Shown in pieces: positions 58,501 through 64,000 of a DNA stretch of 64,000 nt. A program made the translations under genes and the position numbers. Origin of the DNA: Oculina patagonica (lineage: Eukaryota); assembly GCF_052425735.1 (NCBI RefSeq), contig NC_135769.1, positions 29,574,001 to 29,638,000 of the forward strand. Reading direction: 5' to 3'. Positions within the stretch are counted from its first letter, which is position 1, and every line of letters begins with the position of its first letter. The notes under the pieces were generated by a model that saw only the letters and a program-made list of their open reading frames with translations, had not been told where the DNA came from and did not search any database.

Positions 58501-61500
58501 AACCTAAAAAAAAACGTGGCCGGCTGTGATTGATCACTAAACTTAATTGACTTTCTTTCTCAGTTTCTCTGTTGGTGAACAACGTCAAAAATTTAGTACA
58601 TGTCGCTTTAAAATCCTTTTTTTGACCATGTAAAAGATTGAAAGGCCTGTTTTTGGTTCGTCTTTTACGGACTTTAAGAGTAACGATTCAAACGCTTAGA
58701 ACACTGAATTATTTTTAAACCGTACTTTTAAGTGAAATTTTCTTGCGTTTGCTTCATTTCTGAGTCAGTGTTATGCTGTAATGCAGCGATCATTGTTTTT
58801 TTTCCTTTTTTTGCTAATCTCTCAAATTTACAGCAAATATTTTCTGCGTTTTTAGTGCTTCTTGATTTTACCCGGATGGAATGCATTTTCAGTCATGCAA
58901 TCACTTGTTTAACATTTTTACAGCTGCGGGTTCACTATTTTACTTACATACCAAACCTCTAGCGCGTAATCCCGCTATGTATCAGGGACTCTTGCTATTA
59001 CCAACAATAAGCCATGGCCCAGAAGGTTTCCGCCTCTAACAACGGGAACCGATCGATATGAAAGACACAAGAAATTCTGAATGATTTTTTATTAATGTAA
59101 TTGAGCGTTCAATTGTGTTTTGAACAGGTGTCCCGCGCGTGAAAGATCGAACTTCTATTGTCTAGCCTTTTGTTATTAATTTCAGAAATACTGTTTTTAA
59201 ACAAAGTTTGAAATAGAAAGGTATGCACAGCATGAATTAGTTGAATGTTTGCATTTCAGTCGAAGTATGTTTCCAGTTTACTCGATGTGACTAAGCAACG
59301 GTTTACTCCAGCTAGGTGAACAATGAAGAGTTCAATCAAAAATGAATGCTTTTATTGAGTGAATTGTCATAGAAAAAAGAAAATAATTGTCTGCAAATAG
59401 GCTTTTTCTGTCCTTTTAGAATTCGATCTTTAGGATCTTTGCCTACATATGTAGGCATTGCGAAGGAGGTATTGATTGCCTACCCCCCCTAGTATGGTTA
59501 TTTGACCAGCTTCGTGCTTGAGATATGAGCCTTTGGGCATAGCAGTATTACTGTAACGGATTGCGTGTTTTTAAACGGCATTATCGTTAGCACTTTTAGA
59601 AAAATTGTTCATATTAAGAGGTGGAGAGCCATAAGCAGTGTTTGCGGTTTTGCCTTTTCTTTTTAACGGACATATGACCTGCTAAAATTCTTTAGCTTTG
59701 ATCTCTGATGCAAATAAAAAAAGCGCAAAGTTAATCTGTTTTCCTGTCTATTGTGAAGTTCTTCCAAAAGGGCTCACTTTGGTAAAAAGGTTTGAAATCA
59801 ACAAATTTACATTTTGAAATTAACAAATTTACATTAATTTGCTGCCATTTTGCAAACCGGTTGATGCACCATTGGTTCTTTAAAATTTAATCATATTGAC
59901 TCGTATATAAATAAATGATTTCGGGTCACCGCTTTTAGATAAAGGAACATCAGAAAACATCATGTGATGTGAAATAGGCACTTAACAGACGCAGCTTAAC
60001 AGACGCAGCCGGTTTAAAACGTAGATAACAGCTATTCAAAGAATAAGCAGTGCCTATAAAAGGAGCATACCATTTATTTCTGACGAACAAAAAGTTAGTG
60101 GAAGGGCTCTTCACCAGTCGGTCTAAACGTAGATAACAGCAATTTAAAAAATAACCAGCGCTTAAAGTGCCTAACTATAAAAGTAACACACAATTTTTTG
60201 AAGAACAAAATGTTAGTGGGATGCCTCTTCACCAGATAAAAAGTAGATAACAGCAATGCAAAAAATAAGCAGCGCCTAAAGTGCCTAACTATAAAAGAAG
60301 CATATAATTTATTTTTGACTAACAAAAAGTTCGTGGGAGGTCTCTTCACCACTAATTGTTTACAGCGGTTGGCAAGACAATTATCGCCTAACAAAATTTA
60401 CAAAAGATTCAATTAGTAAACATTTCTGATTATTAGCTTTCAAGCAAAGGTCTGCGACAAATCTATGAACTAAACCTTTTAGGTGAAAAATTCATTAAAG
60501 TCGATGTCTTTGGATTTATTAGTCCTAATTAGGAATGTCATGTAACGAGTAAAAATTTTTATTAAAAGGCGTGTTTTAAGTGAGGCGCTAATCCTTGAAT
60601 ATATGAATACAAAATCTTAACTTGACCTTGAAAAATGTGACTTCGATATTCCGATAATTTCAATCTACCTGTCCCTCGTTTACCTTTTAAACCCAAGTTT
60701 ATTGCATTACTTTAATAGCTACCTAACCTCTAGAGAGGGCACTTAAACATAAAGACGTCATTGCGACGGTTTTGAGGCTGGGTAGTGTGATTTTTAGCTT
60801 TTAAACAGACCGAACACTAACAAATAATAGTATCTACAGGTAACTTAGAAAACGACGAATTTGTAATCATTTTTCGGTTGATAAAATAGATCTATAACAA
60901 ACAAAGTGTTGGTGGGGGTCATTTTCGACTAATTGTCTACTTTAGTTACACCTTATTATATAAAATGCTGATTCACGATTTCAGATGGGAATTATTGATT
61001 TTGCTGTGATTTTATTTCATTGTCAATTGCCATTGATCGTTATTACAACTGTTTTTCAAAACAGCATTATTCAATTCATTATATTTTTATCACTGTTACC
61101 TTAATGAATCGATTTCGCGCCCTCGATACAAAAGCAACTCCATCTCTCACATAAGGCCCCCTATTAAAGGCTTTGTTGTAGAAGCGCCTCTTTTGGCCGG
61201 ATACGCCCTTCTTATTCCTTCGAGTGTCCCTGATTCTATACGAGCCCCAATCAATATCACCGTCAGCACAGCCATATGCGAAGCACCTTTTAAATCAGTG
61301 TCTCTTTTGTCTATTTATCAAGCATCGTCATTGTCATTATCACTGTCATTTGTCTGTCATTTTCATTATAATCAAATATAACTTTTACTGTGTGGTAGAG
61401 ATGATTTTAACGTAATATTTTCGTCAACAGATCCCTCTGTATACAGGATTGAGCCTACTCAAGGCAGCCTGGCAGGGGGTACCATGGTTTTTATTCACGG

Positions 61501-61505
61501 CAGAG
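55518..61505 (+). CDS. 5' part of a fibrocystin / fibrocystin-L (PKHD1/PKHD1L1)-like IPT/TIG-domain protein; gene continues beyond the window
   Basis: Exons 55518-55557, 55660-55683, 61431-61505 (all phase 1, GT-AG) give MPAKMLLLWCLASAVAISSATDPSVYRIEPTQGSLAGGTMVFIHGRG: signal peptide followed immediately by the IPT/TIG signature P.V..I.P..GS..GGT.V.I.G. Only 46 codons are visible, so the family call is tentative. Confidence 0.72.
57299..57971. mobile_element. TTAA-flanked MITE with a nested gatgagagtt-repeat element
   Basis: ttaa-agggactctgtcacgg ... ccgtgtccct-ttaa; nested gggccaaacgag..ctcgtttggccc (~57514-57682) and an inverted partial duplicate to ~57920. Confidence 0.65.
58062..58274. 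mobile_element. Spacerless fold-back palindrome (collapsed Harbinger-like MITE)
   Basis: ggcgcgtttacacg..ggggccataggc|gcctatggcccc..cgtgtaaacgcgcc; centre at 58166/58167, arms ~105 bp. Confidence 0.9.
60015..60352. repeat. Three diverged ~110-bp tandem units
   Basis: gtagataacagc..gtgccta..ataaaag..aacaaaa.gtt.gtgg..ctcttcacca recurs at ~60021, 60129, 60243. Confidence 0.8.
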
Positions 61506-63039
61506 GTATGTAACATCACTCTCTCCCTCCCCTCGCCGCTGTCTGCTAACTGACAAACATACATCCCGGTTCGGTTGTTAGCCCTTCCCCCCAGATATCA
61601 ACCCCATCCCCACCCCTCCCCTCCCACTCCATGGCTAACTTTTCCTAATTAGCCTACCAACGCCCTCACAAAATTTTGTATCACAAACAGATAACAGATA
61701 TATCAAAACGTTTAATCAGAGTAGTTCTTTCAAAATGTATCATCCATCAATCTTTAAGTCGTTTCGATCCTTGTCAGTTCACTTTTCAACGAACAGTTTT
61801 GGGCACCGTTTATCAGAATTAAGGATTTTTTAATCAAGAATTGATGGTATTATTACGCATTACGAAAGTAACGAGTTTCGAGACCTTCGGACTTAGCAGT
61901 CTTTCAATATTGCTACTTTCTGAGTGTTAAAAATTTCTGGAAGTTGCTACCTCGGTCGGCTAAAATGTGCATTATACAAAAACGTTTTGAATAAACATTC
62001 GAGTTCTGTCCAGAAACAAGGACAAGAGAGATTCCATCATAACAAAGTAATGGTTTTCCTTTGGAAAAAAGACCATAAAAACTTAACAGAATAGTTTGGT
62101 CGTACCCCTAATTTTTCTTTTATTTCTTATTAGCGTTTCTTAATCACAAGACATTAAATGGTTTTTCATTTCATTTCTTTAGTTGCCAGCGTTTCTGCTT
62201 TCTGTTGATAAATGACATTTAAAACCTGATCGAGTTAACTTCTTTGATCGTAGACTTCCTTTGTTTGACTAGTCTAAGATGTTTTTACGGACAGCAAGAA
62301 TAACAAGAGCTTGTAGATGAACTTTTAGTTGTTTCAAATAAAATGCAGTAGTTTGTGTTACGATTAACTTGCTTTGAAAGTAATCGCTTTTATTTATAAT
62401 GAAGAATAAGTTTTTTGACCGTGCAACTGTAAGAACTACCATATTATAGGAATATAACGAAGCATTTTAACAACGCGAACAAAATTGGCGCGTAATAAAA
62501 TTAACGCGAATTTAAGAAAAGTTCTGGTTAAATGTTTATAGTAAATGTGTTGACATCAATTAAATTAACGCGATGTTTTGAAATTCGCGTTAATAACATG
62601 TATCGTTAATTTCCTATAATAACGTATGTGGGAGAGACAGTCCTAAGTATTTGAATTAGTGTATGTGGAGCGCGCCTTGATACCCTTACCAGACTTCAGA
62701 GCCGTACCATATTTCAGACATAACCCAAAATTCGATATCTTATTTCAGAACAGACCCTACCCAGAAACGGGTACAGTTTGCGTGAACATTTGATTCTTAA
62801 TGTTACTTGTGAGATAAAAAGTAGGAAAACCGTGCATAAACCTTATCCTATTATTCTTTATTTCACACGGTTAATACAACAGCTTTAAAATTCTACATAC
62901 AATCCTTACTAATGTGCAATTCTGTTCGCCGAAGCCAAGAAAGTATTACTGAACATCATAATGATATGGGAAAACCATACCAGAACTTATGAAATCCTTA
63001 CTAAATATAAAGACTTAAATTCTAAAGATAAGCTATTAA

Positions 63040-63408
63040 AAAAAAGCTGCTTTCCACGTGCCGTACCTTAAATTACTTGTATTAGTAAACCTCTAAATTG
63101 CCCAATGGACTCTGCTTGTCTTACGCTTATAGGAAGACTGTTCCATAAAATTGCGATGCTATAGGTAAAGCTATTTTTGTTAAAGTTAGTGCGCGGTAAT
63201 GGAACATTGAGTTTCGTTGAGTTAAAAAGAAAACGCTGTTTTCCACGAATGCCATGCCTTAAATTACTTGTTTTAGTAAACCTTTAAACTACCTGAGGGA
63301 ATCTGCTTGTCTTACTTTGGAAGGAAGACTGCTCCATTAGATTGCGCCGCTATGGGTAAAGCTATTTCTGTAATAGTTAGTTCGCGGTAAATGAAACATT
63401 GAGTTTCA
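63040..63408. repeat. Two diverged ~188-bp tandem units
   Basis: tttccacg..ccttaaattacttg..tagtaaacct..tctgcttgtcttac..ggaagactg..ggtaaagctattt..aacattgagtttc occurs twice. Confidence 0.8.
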
Positions 63409-63697
63409 GAGTACCTTGCGTTGCACTCGGTTTCCCTTTTTCAAATTTAGGGGAAAGATTAGCTGGAGCCAACCCGTGCAGAGACCTGTAAACTAACGTG
63501 GCTGTTTAAATTTGCTGCTGGCGAGCTAGACCGTCCAGGTCCAAATGCATATTTTTTTTAGAAAAAATTATACCCTTTGGCGCTGCACGACTTATCTAGC
63601 TTATTAAGGCATAATAAGGGAGTGTCTCCCCCGGGAGCTGCGGAAACCTTGGTTTTCTGAGAAACGAACAATGAATATTTGTTATTAAGGTTTGCCC

Positions 63698-63816
63698 AGT
63701 TACGCGAAAATATTTACCTAGTTACTCGAGCGTTACCTAGTTACGCGAAAATATTTACCTACTTACTCGAGCGTTACCTAGTTACGCGAAAATATTTACC
63801 TAGTTACTCGAGCGTT
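63698..63816. repeat. 41-bp tandem repeat, about 3 copies
   Basis: agttacgcgaaaatatttacctagttactcgagcgttacct starts at 63698, 63739, 63780. Confidence 0.85.
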
Positions 63817-64000
63817 GGGGTACTACAGAATGTAAATGATGAAAATTAGAACCCCAAAAAATCCCTGAGTCTTCCAACAATACCCAGAAATAATCCCTGG
63901 ACCAAAAATAAGTCCCAAAAAAATCCCTTGTTGAATTTCCCCAGTGATCACAAGCGAAAGAGATCAAAAATTCACTATAGCAAAAGGGAATTCCAGTGAC

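Noticed and set aside
326-61415. Remaining short ORFs in the track
   Set aside because: They are chance ORFs in introns, MITEs and SINEs, or antisense/alternate frames of real exons, with no protein motifs.

Overview
Eukaryotic, AT-rich, intron-containing DNA. The repeat and gene content suggests an anthozoan cnidarian such as a stony coral (inference). Four host genes can be reconstructed by hand. (1) A minus-strand secreted dermatopontin / hemagglutinin-amebocyte-aggregation-factor-like gene (4 coding exons, 204 aa). (2) A 20-exon M3 oligopeptidase A gene (18657-51465, 735 aa, HE|FGH zinc motif split by an intron). (3) A rhodopsin-family GPCR with an intronless CDS, plus a deleted tandem pseudogene copy, nested on the same strand in intron 8 of the peptidase. 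(4) The first exons of a fibrocystin/PKHD1L1-like IPT/TIG gene. The rest is a 2.8-kb 20-bp satellite, SINEs and many nested MITEs. The most striking non-gene signal is a set of Penelope-like/hammerhead-ribozyme elements. One is a 5'-truncated but open RT + GIY-YIG element ending in a minimal type I hammerhead (7020-7057). A second is a 337-bp non-coding, hammerhead-bearing inverted insert whose 13-bp target-site duplication copies a splice donor and whose hairpin covers the real donor (24068-24430). There is also a third, degenerate hammerhead (19941-19979) and a terminally redundant 254-bp element with an internal tRNA-like Pol III cassette preceded by a hammerhead-like remnant (34666-34919). 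All coordinates were read by eye and no searches were run.
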